Source: Tubiluchus corallicola
Taxonomy: Eukaryota; Animalia; Priapulida
DNA length: 64,000 bases
Assembly: GCA_030141605.1 (NCBI GenBank)
Contig: JAQGDQ010000020.1
Coordinates: forward strand, 1,116,001-1,180,000
Reading direction: 5' to 3'
Shown: piece after piece, positions 52,807 through 64,000 of the stretch
How the letters are laid out: each line of letters begins with the position of its first letter
Numbering within the stretch: position 1 is the stretch's first letter
Notes under the pieces: generated by a model
The model's database searches: none
The model's input: the letters and a program-made list of their open reading frames with translations, nothing else
What the model was told of the DNA's origin: nothing
Position numbers and translations under genes: made by a program

Positions 52807-53169
52807 AAAGGCCCGTTATTGGTTTCAAGTTACAATTTCACATTTTGAAAGACCCATTATTGGCTTCAAGTTACAATTTCACATTTCTAAATACCCACTA
52901 TTGGCTTCAAGTTACAATTTCACATTTCTAAAGACCCACTATTGGCTTCAACTTACAATTTCACATTTCTAAAGACCCACTATTGGCTTCAACTTACAAT
53001 TTCACATTTCTAAAGACCCACTATTGGCTTCAAGTTACAATTTCACATTTCTAAAGACCCACTATTGGCTTCAAGTTACAATTTTACATTTCTAAAGACC
53101 CATTATTGGCTTCAAGTTACAATTTTACATTTCTAAAGACCCATTATTGGCTTCAAGTTACAATTTCAC
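52807..53169. repeat. 41-bp minisatellite, ~9 copies
   Basis: Unit AAAGACCCACTATTGGCTTCAAGTTACAATTTCACATTTCT. Confidence 0.95.
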
Positions 53170-53200
53170 CTTTGTCATTTCGTTTCCTGGTTTTTTGCAG

Positions 53201-53476
53201 GTGAGTGCCATAACAGGAGTCAAAACCGGAACGGCCATGCCTTGTTTAGAAGATGGTCTATCCAGCGGACACGTTTCCGAATCCGATGATGAGATCGATA
53301 ATGGTCCGCCACCCGAGTCACTTACCATGCTACTGATGCGGCAGCAGATTAACGAGATCGAGCGAGAGGTGGCCGAGAAGCTTAGTCTGGAGGAGCAGAG
53401 GAGTTCCTCAGAGAGACAAAGTAGCACAGAACCTCAGATGTATCAAGCTGATTACGTACAACAGAGCTATCCACAG
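53201..53476 (+). CDS. APBA1: APBA/X11 coding exon (276 nt, phase 0-0)
   Basis: VSAITGVKTGTAMPCLEDGLSSGHVSESDDE...QQSYPQ; strong acceptor, CAG|GTAAAA donor. Confidence 0.8.
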
Positions 53477-53489
53477 GTAAAATGCAACT

Positions 53490-53529
<40 letters not shown>

Positions 53530-54934
53530 TTGTAATAATAATTTTGTTCTGGACATAACTTAAAGGATTACAACATAAAGTAACTAAATACTTTTTCCCA
53601 ACATGGTCTCGGTTATTATTACCTGTACATTACTTCAATAAATCCATTTTCTTGGTCGAAGGTCCAGCAGTACCATTTTTAGGTCTTTGGTATGGCTTGA
53701 CTGGTAAGCGTCGACCTGAACCCACGATTTCCAGGTGAGAAATGAGCACTCTTCCACTGAGTTATTTCCACTTTCATAATAGTTGTGTAATTCATAATTA
53801 AAGAGGCAACAGGCTATATAATATGGTACTACAGATAATATAGCACGGAAGAATTCCATGCATGCACAACCCTATTATACTATTCTGTTATTGCTATATT
53901 CTGTGATAATTCTAATTACTCATGCATGCGCTTAGCATAACATACACGTATTGTTGTATATACATTAAGTTGTTTAGTAAGCTAGTGAGCTTATTAATGT
54001 GGCTTATCACAATTAAAAATCTTTAGAAAATGAATTTTACATGCTTGAACTTATCAACTTCACATACTTGGAAACCTATATATGTATATATATTATCTTT
54101 ATTCGTACTTTAGTTTGTACACTTTGAGTTAATTAATTAAGTTAAACGGAAAAAACAACAACATTATTTAACTACACACACGTATACATACAAATCAGTG
54201 ATGGTCAATGCAAAAATTTTTGCACAATATTTACATGCAGATGCTAAATTGTGGCTAAATAACGTATGATTATTTTCATTCGTTCGCCATAGAAACACTC
54301 CTTAATCATATTGGCATAGACCGTATTCTCTTGCATTAAATTAGCAATATGATACTCTATAAAAACATGTCAGTTTCAGTTTCTTAAAATGAAAAATATC
54401 TAAACTATTCACATTTAACAAAACACTCATAATGCTGCCATCGTCACGATATACAGTTTTTCATAGATATTATAATCTGCCTGTTACATTGTGTGTTTAA
54501 TAGACGTTTTATTATTAGCAAACATGAAAAGTTAATTAACAATAGCTGTTCTAGTTTGATTAATAACATTGATTAAAGCGTTTAACGTGTCAGACAGAAA
54601 TTATCTTCACTCACCCTCGTGAATAATTCATGAACTTCCTCTAGACAAATGGCGGCCATTTTTGTTAGCGAATAACCGTAATTTAAGAGATAATAGGAGG
54701 ATTACAATCAATAGATGGACGATGAGAAAAGCTTAAGCCACTTTGCAGACAACAGCATTAATGATTTCATTATGAGCAACCCGTTTGTTATAGAGGATGA
54801 GGCCAGGCCGTTAATAATATTGGCTGGCTAATAATGTATTTTAATCAATATAAAGTCATTGATAATGTTAGAATTCAGCTAATATAATACTGGCTGGCAA
54901 ATAAAGTATGTAAACCAATATGAAGTTCTTGATA

Positions 54935-55394
54935 CAGGGCCGTCTTTATGCCCCAAGGGCCGATGAGCATAGGAGCCCTATGCTAATCTATGTACCTTGT
55001 GAATGACTGTCAATAAGTAAATACTACTATAAATATACTGATATTATAAAGCAATAGTCAGCAAAGAAATTTCGCAAATGTTTGTGTTGAACACTTGATT
55101 AATAATAAATAATTCAGAGTAATTTCCTTCTGTCCCATCTCCACCTGTATGTTTTGCTAATTGAGCATCATTTATATTTTGAAATTTTTGTGCTTTTCAA
55201 GGCTCATTTGTGATGTGTGTTGATTAATCTTTGCTGTACAGCATGTTTTTTAATATTTAAACACTAATTTGGTTGGAAGTACACACAAATACAATAAATA
55301 TATATTTAATTTTATTGATGATATACATTATTATTCCTGTGAGTGATCATGAAGGTTGGGATCCCAGGACCTATAATGTGTTAAGATGGCCCTG
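54935..55394. mobile_element. hAT-type MITE
   Basis: CAGGGCCGTCTTTA ... TTAAGATGGCCCTG; interrupts the second unit of a local tandem duplication; degenerate 8-bp TSD. Confidence 0.7.
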
Positions 55395-55648
55395 CATTAA
55401 TAATATTAGAGTTCAACTAAGTAGTGCAGGTTTGGTTTATTAACATGATTTTCTTACAGGAATTATACATTCATTTTATAGCTAACTCACCTACTTTCTG
55501 AAATGCTGTTCATTCTCAATTTTGTGTAAAACCTTTTTCAACTGTTCATTTTAATCCACCAACATTTTGTGTGCTGCTGCACGAGCAAAGTTTAGATTAT
55601 TTAATTTATTTGTTCACCTGCTGTATTCAGTTCATTTCTTACCTTCAG

Positions 55649-55669
55649 AGGAGGGCATTTTTGGACAAT
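55649..55669 (+). CDS. APBA1: Candidate 21-nt microexon (RRAFLDN) of APBA/X11
   Basis: TTCATTTCTTACCTTCAG|AGGAGGGCATTTTTGGACAAT|GTGAGT; frame-preserving in a phase-0 intron. Confidence 0.55.
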
Positions 55670-56134
55670 GTGAGTAACCACTGTTAGTTCAGTAGATTCT
55701 TCTTTCAGACTTTGAGGAATTCAAAAAATTTGTGTTGAACTCAAAAACTATTTACTAGCTTGAGTGGCTGATGGCATCCTGGTACTAGCGTAACTGAAAA
55801 ACTAAGGGTGTCGACACATTTACAACTTTTGTCAGCCCATCTGGGAAGAAAAACCGTGTACATAGGATGCCGCAAAACATTTCTGACGACATTCACTTTC
55901 AATTACCAACTTCATTGGTGTCACCATGGCAGATGCTCAATTTTAACTGAACGAAGTGAAGACATTATTTGGGGGTCTCTGGTTATTTTGTGCTGTCTTC
56001 ACAAAGAAGTAACAGAAAAGTCGGCAAGAATGCTTTAGTTGATCATGATGCGTTTACATCTTTTATTAGCAACAAAAGTTGGGCGATAAAAATTGTATTA
56101 GTGATCTAGGAAAGCAATCAAGATTGCATATCCC

Positions 56135-56414
56135 CGTGACCGGATTATGATTTTTTAGGGCCCTAGGCTAGTGAAATTATGAGGCCCCCGTCAGATGGAG
56201 CCACCCTCTTAGGATATATTTTAGCAGCGTTTGCATAGCTTGGGGCCCTTCAAACAGAGATCCTTTATCTCAAATTAGGAGCCACTTTACAATTGAATTT
56301 TCAGCTGTACAGCATGTTCCTGGCCTCCTTTTTTAAAGTCAGCAATCCCAAGCTCCCAAACTTGAGGACACTAAGTTGCAGCCTATACTAACCTGTAGCT
56401 AGTACACAGCCCTG
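56135..56414. mobile_element. hAT-type MITE
   Basis: Perfect 8-bp TSD CATATCCC (56127-56134, 56415-56422); ends CGTGACCGGATTA / ACACAGCCCTG. Confidence 0.75.
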
Positions 56415-57901
56415 CATATCCCATGATTCCTAAGTTCCATTTCCAGGGTATTCAGAAAGAGTTAAAGCACAATTAAGTTTTCTGATTTTCTTTTCACCGT
56501 GAGCTGTCTTGGGATTTATACATATTAAGCCATATTTCATAACCTTCGTGACGACTGGAACTCATTCAGTTATTATAAAGGCATTTCGAATGTGCTCACT
56601 ATATATGAAGGTCAAGCAAGGGCTGAAATAAGTGGATTTCGAAATCTGCGCTGCAGTGAAGGTGAATTGGAGGCTAAATCTCTAGTTATTTCCCGTAAAA
56701 GAGCCGGCAAAATTGTCTGTCTCGTGTGTATTGGGGTCGAGTTCGCAAATTGATACAGTAATTTCGTGATACTTAGCACTTCCGGACTGCTCCGAACTCC
56801 TGTTGATAATTAGATTGGATGAATTCCGTCCACATCACATAATTGCTGATTGGCTGCGGTTGCTAGGTAACTGTTGTATGCATGATGGCGCTTGTTGCAG
56901 CATAGCAAATTGCGCCTGCAATGCAACACTAAATTGTCTAAAGATTAAATAGAATGTCCACGTTAATTCAATTAAATTTTGTTATGAAAAAAAAACACAA
57001 TAAAATTTGCCAATGTACATTGTATGCTGATCAGTACTGAGCTTAATATAGTCTCGATGAATGTCAACCAAGCTTTCAAAACTAATATTGAAACGATACT
57101 GTTGAAATTGGAGTTATAAGTGTATTATAGTATTGGAAGTGGCAGTGATGTTTTTGTAATTTCGTGAAATTGTAATTTTTATAATCGTCATTCTGTGACA
57201 TGACTCTCTCATGTCTGCAAATTTCTAAAATCTGTTAACTTCGTTCCACTTGGAGAATTACAGTTAAAGGTGACATTGTTGTGTTGTCATCACTGTTGTC
57301 ATTTGAGTAGCTATTTCAAGCTTCAGTTCAGTTCAGTGCCTGGACCGTTTTATATCAAGGTGAGCAATGACAGATAGCTACTCGGCTGAAAAGGAAAAAG
57401 ATGTAATTTAAACCAAACCCTTAATACTACTCTCACGACGTCTCCTCGTTACTTTGCCACAATCAGTATTTTTAAACAGCAACCACCTCACACTCTCCTC
57501 ATCTGAAACACCCTCCCAAACAACCTTTCCTTTCTCATTTTCATAAAAAATGCATCGTAACAAAATATGTTATAAAATGCCTATGCCTGTGCATCTAATG
57601 GATCCCTAAATGTCAAACTATCACTGTCGCCACTGAGTATCCAGTTAATCATAGAGTAAGGCATGCATTTGTGTTAAATGAATCATATTTCAGAATATGT
57701 GTTAGCCACTGTCCATTAAAAGCTAGAACTCAGAATTTTTAAAATGTACAATAAGACAGGTAATCTTATTGGATTACATATTTCTGTTGGATCCTGTTTG
57801 ATATAAATGTGATAAACTGTTTTTTTGCGAATTCCGCTGTTGTTCCGACAGACATTAATAAATTTTCTAACAAACATACCATGAAAGCATATTGCATGAA
57901 T

Positions 57902-58338
57902 CAGGGCTAGGTTAACCCATAAGCAGACTATGCACGTGCTTAATGCAGCAACGCTCGGGGGGCACCGAATTGGCAAAAAGAAAAAAAAGTTGAAAGTATA
58001 CAAAAATTGTAATTCAGTATGTTGAAGACAACGAATGTCTTTCATATGAGCCAGAGGGCTACAGGAGAATGTTTAATTTTTTGCTGTTGGCAGACATTAT
58101 ACCTTTTCTTATTACAACTAATGTATTTTATTAAAATTTCATTTGAAGTCAATAAAGAATTGAAATGGCATAAAACATGATAGAGTCTGTTTTATATATA
58201 ATGTCGCATAATTTTTATCACATAATACGTATGCTGTAAGCCGAGAAAAGTGCTCACGGTGACGCGGATCAAAGGAGAAAGCTAGGGCACCAGGTGGTGG
58301 GTGTGTTTAGGGCACCATCACATCTTAATCCGGTCCTA
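57902..58338. mobile_element. hAT-type MITE
   Basis: CAGGGCTAGGTTAA ... TTAATCCGGTCCTA; flanks GCATGAAT/GCAGCAAT (6/8). Confidence 0.55.
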
Positions 58339-58430
58339 GCAGCAATCGAAACTTTCACAGTGAACGTTTAAACAACACTTATTAACTCAGTTGCACTGAT
58401 GTCATTTCATCCGTTTCTCGTCTATTTCAG

Positions 58431-58572
58431 TTGCCCGGATCTCAACCGTACGGCTATCCAGACAGTCACAACCATGCGTTCACCACAGCTCATTATCCCC
58501 AGGAACAATCCGGGCAACATTATCTGCATGGGAGATCTCCGCAAGGATATCATCAACAGTACATACGTGGTG
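58431..58572 (+). CDS. APBA1: APBA/X11 coding exon (Q/Y/H/P-rich)
   Basis: CTATTTCAG acceptor; phase-0 frame LPGSQPYGYPDSHNHAF...QGYHQQYIRG; G|GTTAGT donor, phase 1 fits the next exon. Confidence 0.75.
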
Positions 58573-58651
58573 GTTAGTGTCTATTATCTCATTTTACTAT
58601 TGTGACCCTAAATAGTTGTGGTCAGTATATCACAATATATTTCCGTTATTA

Positions 58652-58830
58652 TATTTGTATTATTGTGATTGAATTTTCTTTCTAATACATGTGCATATTG
58701 CTTATACTGCATGTGACTGCCACACTTCATATATAATACATGTGCATATTGCTTATACTGCATGTGACTGCCACACTTCATATATAATACATGTGCATAT
58801 TGCTTATACTGCATGTGACTGCCACACTTC

Positions 58831-58863
<33 letters not shown>

Positions 58864-58940
58864 CAAGTGTGGCAGTCACATGCAGTATAAGCAATATGCA
58901 TGTGTATTAGAAAGAAAATTCAATCACAATAATACAAATA
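58652..58940. repeat. Long palindrome centred on (AT)n, with a triplicated 51-bp unit in the left arm
   Basis: Right arm AAGTGTGGCAGTCACATGCAG...AATACAAATA is the reverse complement of the left arm. Confidence 0.92.
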
Positions 58941-59384
58941 AATATATTAGTTAAATGTGAGTTTAATGTGATGCAGTCTGAACTGGTAATATTTTTAATC
59001 AACGATTTAAGTAGAATATTGTTTAAACCTACGACTGCAATTAACTCTCAGGGTCTTGTCAAAAATCAGGTTTAGATCAGCAGCAGGCAACTCTTAACAT
59101 TCAATTATAAATTGATCATAACATCTGTGTGCCATTTGCCAGTGTAATGCAGTATTTTGAGCCATGCAGTTAACAGTCATATCCTTCAAATGCCCTTGAA
59201 ATTACTACTGCAACTTTAAGCTTAAATTGTCAATTTGCAGTCCAGGTTTGTCAGAAAGGTAATTAGAAATGTTCGTTTTGTGTTGTCATAAACGTGTCTA
59301 CTCTCATTTCATTTACTAGAAACTGTTTATAAATTTAGTAGAATTAATGCTGTCTCTGTGTGGTTTCTCTGAACGAATCCAGCT

Positions 59385-59710
59385 AAAAAAGTCACAGGTA
59401 AAAAAATCACAGGTTAAAGCCACAGGTACAAAAAGTAACAGGAAAAGAGGCATAAATGCCCTAAAACTCCAACCCTAACCCTTAACCTAACCTTAAGATA
59501 CTGAACAAAACTGAACATAGTGCCTGCAATATGTACAAGTCATGTATTTCTAGTTAACAACTGATTTAAAACAGTTTCTGTTTTATTACTAGTACTTAAA
59601 TTGTGACTCACTTGAGTATTTTTGTTTGATTACCTCACTTTCCTAGTTAAAATTGTGATTTTTTTCCTAGCCGAGATTGCGTTCTTTTTTCCTGTAACTT
59701 TATTACCACA
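59385..59710. mobile_element. MITE-like element with AAAAAGTCACAGG subterminal repeats
   Basis: AAAAAAGTCACAGG-like x4 at left, inverted TGTGATTTTTTTCC / CCTGTAACTTTT at right, internal CCCTAACC. Confidence 0.45.
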
Positions 59711-60287
59711 TTACCGGTCGCCTCTCTGAATGATGAGTTAAAAACAGATTTGCTTAATTAAAGGTTTAGCAAAGTGGTGAATACGCAGTTGCCAACATCC
59801 GGCATACATCTTAATCTGTCTACTAAATTTTCTTCCAAAGTTTATTCATTTTGATCAGACTAGCATCACAAAACTTTTAAAAAACTAGTAATTTGTCCTT
59901 ACATAATTTTTCGTGCAAACAGAGAACCCCATTTCTTAAAAAACCATGAACCAATGGCTCAAAAAACGGACTAGTGCTAGAAAAGTTTTCGCAGCATCCA
60001 GAAATGCAGCAGTATGTTATTCGTTACTTTGTCGGTTATTGCATACGTGTAACATTCGAGCAACCTTATAAATTGAAGAATCCTTGAAAGATGATCATGT
60101 GCGCAATCTCTTGATGAAAAAAACTGTTTCATTGACAGTTTTTTCTTTAACTTATTGTTTATGATATTAACTGCGGTATGGCCAGGGGAACATAAAGACA
60201 CACAATTTCTGTAATGACAAGTATGAAAGCTGTGATATATATAAAAATATATTTGAGAAACCTATCAATGATTTATATTAAATATGA

Positions 60288-60473
60288 CAACCAGTATCCA
60301 CTTAAGCAAAGACTTGGCTTTTATTCAGACACAAACATCTGCAGCGTTTTGACTTAGTTTATGTCATGTTTGTGCAACAATCCATCTTAATAGAAAGTGC
60401 AGTATGTTTTTACCGTTATTTTTTCTTTGTATCACACGATGCGTAAGTTTATAATTTAGTATTTGTCTTGTTT
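60288..60473. mobile_element. Partial copy of the 62378-62988 foldback family
   Basis: CCACTTAAGCAAAGACTTGGCTTTTATTCAGA arm plus an inverted internal unit GTATCACACGA..GTAAGTTTATAATTTAGTATTTGT. Confidence 0.7.
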
Positions 60474-60568
60474 GATGTATTGATATTTTTTGCATTTTAT
60501 GCTTGTTTTGTGCAAACTTATTTTACATAGTTTACATTGCAGTAGCAGTAGCAAATTAGCATTTTCAG

Positions 60569-60855
60569 ATATGATTTATCATGGAACTAGTCCATATGGA
60601 CAACATCCGTATGCCGACAGTCCACAATACAGTCCGCAACGCCTGCACTACAGCCCTCAGAGAGTCTACAGTCCACAGAATGTCCAGTACCACTCCGGAC
60701 CTGGTTACAGTCCGCAACAAGTACAATACAGCTTGGCTCAAGTACAGTATAATCCACAACAAGTGCAGTATAATGTTCGGCAGCCGTCTCCTCAACATGC
60801 GGCCGGACACATGGGTGGGCATCCAACCGGGATGGTTACAACCACACAGTATAAG
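60569..60855 (+). CDS. APBA1: APBA/X11 coding exon with YSPQ repeats
   Basis: TTTTCAG acceptor, AAG|GTATGA donor; DMIYHG...SPQYSPQRLHYSPQRVYSPQ...TQYK. Confidence 0.8.
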
Positions 60856-61149
60856 GTATGAAAAACTTTAAGATCCCAATGCATGGATTTGTTAACATAT
60901 TCATGGATATTGAGTACTGTATCAGTGAGAAATGTAACAGAAAAGTTGAGGCCTGACTACATTACATTATTCACACAATTATATACACTGAGTAGTAACT
61001 GCAGTAACAGTGGTAGTGATGTAGTAATCCGTTTAACCGATAAACTGAAAAAGAAACGTTGTCTACTTTATGTTTAGCCAAGATAAGATCAGTAGTGTTT
61101 GACTGTAATTAGTTTTGGTAGTTACTGTACTCTATCCATGTAAATATAG

Positions 61150-61382
61150 GTGTTACCTGAGACGAACATCCGCGACGTCGAGATCCATGACGTGGAGGAC
61201 CTAGATCCGTTGAGGATTGCCGAAGATGACCACGACGACGGAGGATTGACGGAGCGCAGACAGTCTGTTGAACTAGCAATAAACGACATCAAATCGGCGA
61301 TACAAAAAAGCAAAAGCGCTCAGTTAAAATCGCCCCCGATGGAGGTGCCACGCTCGCCAGAGAAACCGGTTTGGGTACTGAG
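61150..61382 (+). CDS. APBA1: APBA/X11 exon encoding a CASK-interaction-domain-like segment; gene continues beyond the window
   Basis: RRQSVELAINDIKSAIQKSK...KSP...PEKPVWVLR aligns with remembered Mint1 RDAISLAIKDIKEAIEEVK...RSP...PKEPIWVMR; AG|GTATGG donor. Confidence 0.85.
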
Positions 61383-62377
61383 GTATGGCAACGAGCTAGA
61401 TGCCATCAGGTGGGTCACGGCATGGACGTGTCTGTACTAGTGTGAACGCAGCTTTATCATTCACTTTTTTTGCCAGTTTTCCGTTGCAGTTTTGAGTTTT
61501 TTATGTTTAGTATTTTCTTTTTGAATGGGCACTTTATTTCTCATTGTTAGAATTGAAATGTTCTTAGTGCAATTTTCACTGTTTCTCAAAATCAGTTGCG
61601 GTTCTGTTTTGCGAAACTGTGTTAACGAATTTATCTTGGTCACAGTAGAACATGTCACTTCCCTACGCATTCGTGGTAACCACAATATTTGAATTTGATA
61701 AAGGCAGGCACATTTAGGCACGTTAGGTAAAAATGGTGAAAAAATGTTAGGTGCATTAGTCATTGGCATTTATAGGCATCTTCAATGTTTGGACAGAATT
61801 TTTAATTGGAGGCATCTTTAATGTTCAGATAGTATCTTTAATTAATCAGTTAGTAGAAAAACACCACTATTTTAGTGATATGGATAGCTTCTGATGAAAA
61901 AAATGTGAACGTACACTCATTTATATAAAACCTATGTTATTTTTACCAAAACAGCAGTTTGTGCTATTAATTTTACCTTCTTATCTATGTATAGGTGTAA
62001 CAGTAAGACAAATGCTATGCTAAGTAAATTTACTTTGAAGAAATTCGCATGTACCAAAAAGTACTGCTAACGTCGTTTTTAACATTTGCAGCAGTTTTTC
62101 TTGGAATAGAAAGATTTTGTAAGCAATCGCTTGCATCAGAGAAATTGTGCAATTTCCCGTGAGTGACTGAAAAGGAGGATTAACTTTGTGCTTAAATTGT
62201 GCTTTGCGTTTGCTCCGGTGACGTCCATGATTATTGACCCATCTGATGGCTTCTTACGATTTTTACGTTGTTTTGACGAATAAAGAACAACCAACTGCTA
62301 AACGTTCAAGTTTTTTTCTGATTTTCACACAACGTGACACAGAGAATATCGAACTATTATTTTCAAAGGGAAAATAA

Positions 62378-62988
62378 AAGCCAACGCCCACTTAACCAAA
62401 GACATGGCTTTTATTCAGAGACAAAACCTGCAACGTTTCGACCAGTTATGGTCATGTTCGCTCAGCAATCCACTTAAATAAAATTGCGGCATAAAAAAGT
62501 CACAAAAATCAACATAGTCAGAAGAAAACAAGACAAATACTAAATTGTAAACTTACAATTTGTGTGATACAATGACGAATGACAAAAAAATAAATACTAA
62601 ATACTAAATAATAAATAACAAATACTAAATTGTAAACTTACAATTCGTGTGATACTAAGACGAATGACAGAAAAAATAAATACTAAATAATAAATAACAA
62701 ATACTAAATTATAAACTTACAATTCGTGTGATACGAAGGCGAATGACAGAAAAAATAAATACTAAATAATAAATAACAAATACTAAATTATAAACTTACA
62801 ATTCGTGTGATACAAAGACGAATGACATTTCATTTTTTGACTGATGCCTGTAGATAATAATAAGAGAACCTTTGCAGAAAACATGAACAATACTGAACAT
62901 GTTGTATGAATATGACCAAAACTGTTTGAAGCATTGCAGATGTTTTGTATGAATGAAACCATGTCTTTGCTTAAGTGGGTGCTGGTTG
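62378..62988. mobile_element. Foldback element with ~90-bp inverted arms, internal ~80-bp tandem array and hammerhead-like cores
   Basis: CCCACTTAACCAAAGACATGG ... CCATGTCTTTGCTTAAGTGGG; 4 internal copies of ACAAATACTAAATTRTAAACTTACAATTYGTGTGATAC. Confidence 0.75.
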
Positions 62989-63164
62989 TTATTCTCATTT
63001 TAAGAATTCATTTTCCTCATCACCGATCAGCTACTATTTTGTTTGCTAAGATGTGTTATTCAGCCTGATATTTATTTTTTCTGCAATATGTGTTGTTACA
63101 TTTTTTTATATCATTCATATTGACAGAGATAAATATTAATGGCACGAAAACTAACAACGAGTAA

Positions 63165-63498
63165 AAAAATTCCACGGTTAAAAAAATGAGGCAAAAGAGA
63201 AAGGGCACACCGTTTTGAACTACCAGTTGTAGTTCTTCTTCGGGTGAGCATAAAAACACACAAAAAAGAGAAAAATCACAGTTACTAGAAGTACTAAAGT
63301 AATTGTTTTGGGGTATTTTTATATGATTAACGTAAAAAGGATAACACACTGAAAGAGATACAAGCACATAGAAAAAACACAGAAACGCAGCAGTGGCTTT
63401 TTCTGTTTTTTTGTGTTCACCTGAAGAACTACGGTGGTAGTTTGAAACACTGTGTGCCCTTTCTTTTTTTGCATCGTTTTCTTAATTGTAGAATTTTT
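63165..63498. mobile_element. Foldback element with hammerhead-like cores in both arms
   Basis: AAAGGGCACAC..GAACTAC..GTAGTTCTTC..GGTGA is inverted against TCACCTGAAGAACTAC..GTAGTTTGAAA..GTGTGCCCTTT. Confidence 0.65.
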
Positions 63499-64000
63499 GT
63501 TCATCATTCATTTAGGTTAAGCATAAAGTCATTCATACAATATTGCATGTCATTTTAATTCCGATTAACTACAATTAGTAAGCATCCTGTTTCTTAATTG
63601 TTACTGTGTGTAAATGGTTGTGGTGGGACCGGAACTTACCTCATCATCAAGAATAATCCTGTAAGTGGAGACATTCCATTAACGCAGAAGTGGGCAGAGA
63701 CTACAACTAAAGCTTGTTTGAAAGGCCCCCTGCTGCTAACAAATCGGTATTAAACCCCTGATGTGCTTGTCACAATAACATTTGCCTTCCCGGACTGGTG
63801 GTTGTCGCCACCTTTAATCAAGCAAAATTTTGATTAACTGTGTCGTCATGGTCTGGTCATTAGCTGTGTAATTAACTACAAATATGGTAATGTGGCAGTC
63901 ATTAACAAAGGGCTAACTGCTAAATAACAAAATTTTGAGCCGCTTCTTGCGGGTAACATTATGACTGTAATTAGCCTCAAGACAGCACAGTGGCTGATGT

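Noticed and set aside
58399-58605. ORF-track translation CPDLNRTAIQ...
   Set aside because: Wrong frame; splice phases and composition support LPGSQPYGY...
59471-59492. CCCTAACC telomere-like motif
   Set aside because: Few degenerate units inside a MITE-like repeat; neither a telomere nor a telomerase template context

Overview
AT-rich, intron-containing invertebrate (metazoan) genomic DNA, not prokaryotic. It holds three protein genes. (1) The last three coding exons of a UBAP2/UBAP2L (lingerer) homologue (+, 1738-3244). (2) A complete 16-exon elongation factor 2 gene (-, ATG 22870 to stop 5715; exon lengths sum to 2547 nt = 848 aa), convergent with UBAP2. (3) The 5' part of an APBA/X11/Mint (lin-10) gene (+, ATG 49954, runs off the window) with a Mint1-type CASK-interaction segment, a candidate 21-nt microexon and an AG|GTGAGT recursive-splice-like site. 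The most notable hidden layer is that eEF2 introns host box H/ACA RNAs: a clear SNORA8 orthologue, a candidate U2 branch-site (Psi34/35) guide about 30 nt from it in the same intron, and two further candidate 18S guides. The window also has several foldback elements whose arms carry minimal hammerhead-ribozyme-like cores (Penelope-type, one family with 3-8 covariation), many MITEs (one nested), SINE/LINE remnants, and two minisatellites abutting splice acceptors. All folds and rRNA/snRNA pairings were done by eye against remembered conserved sequences and need computational confirmation.
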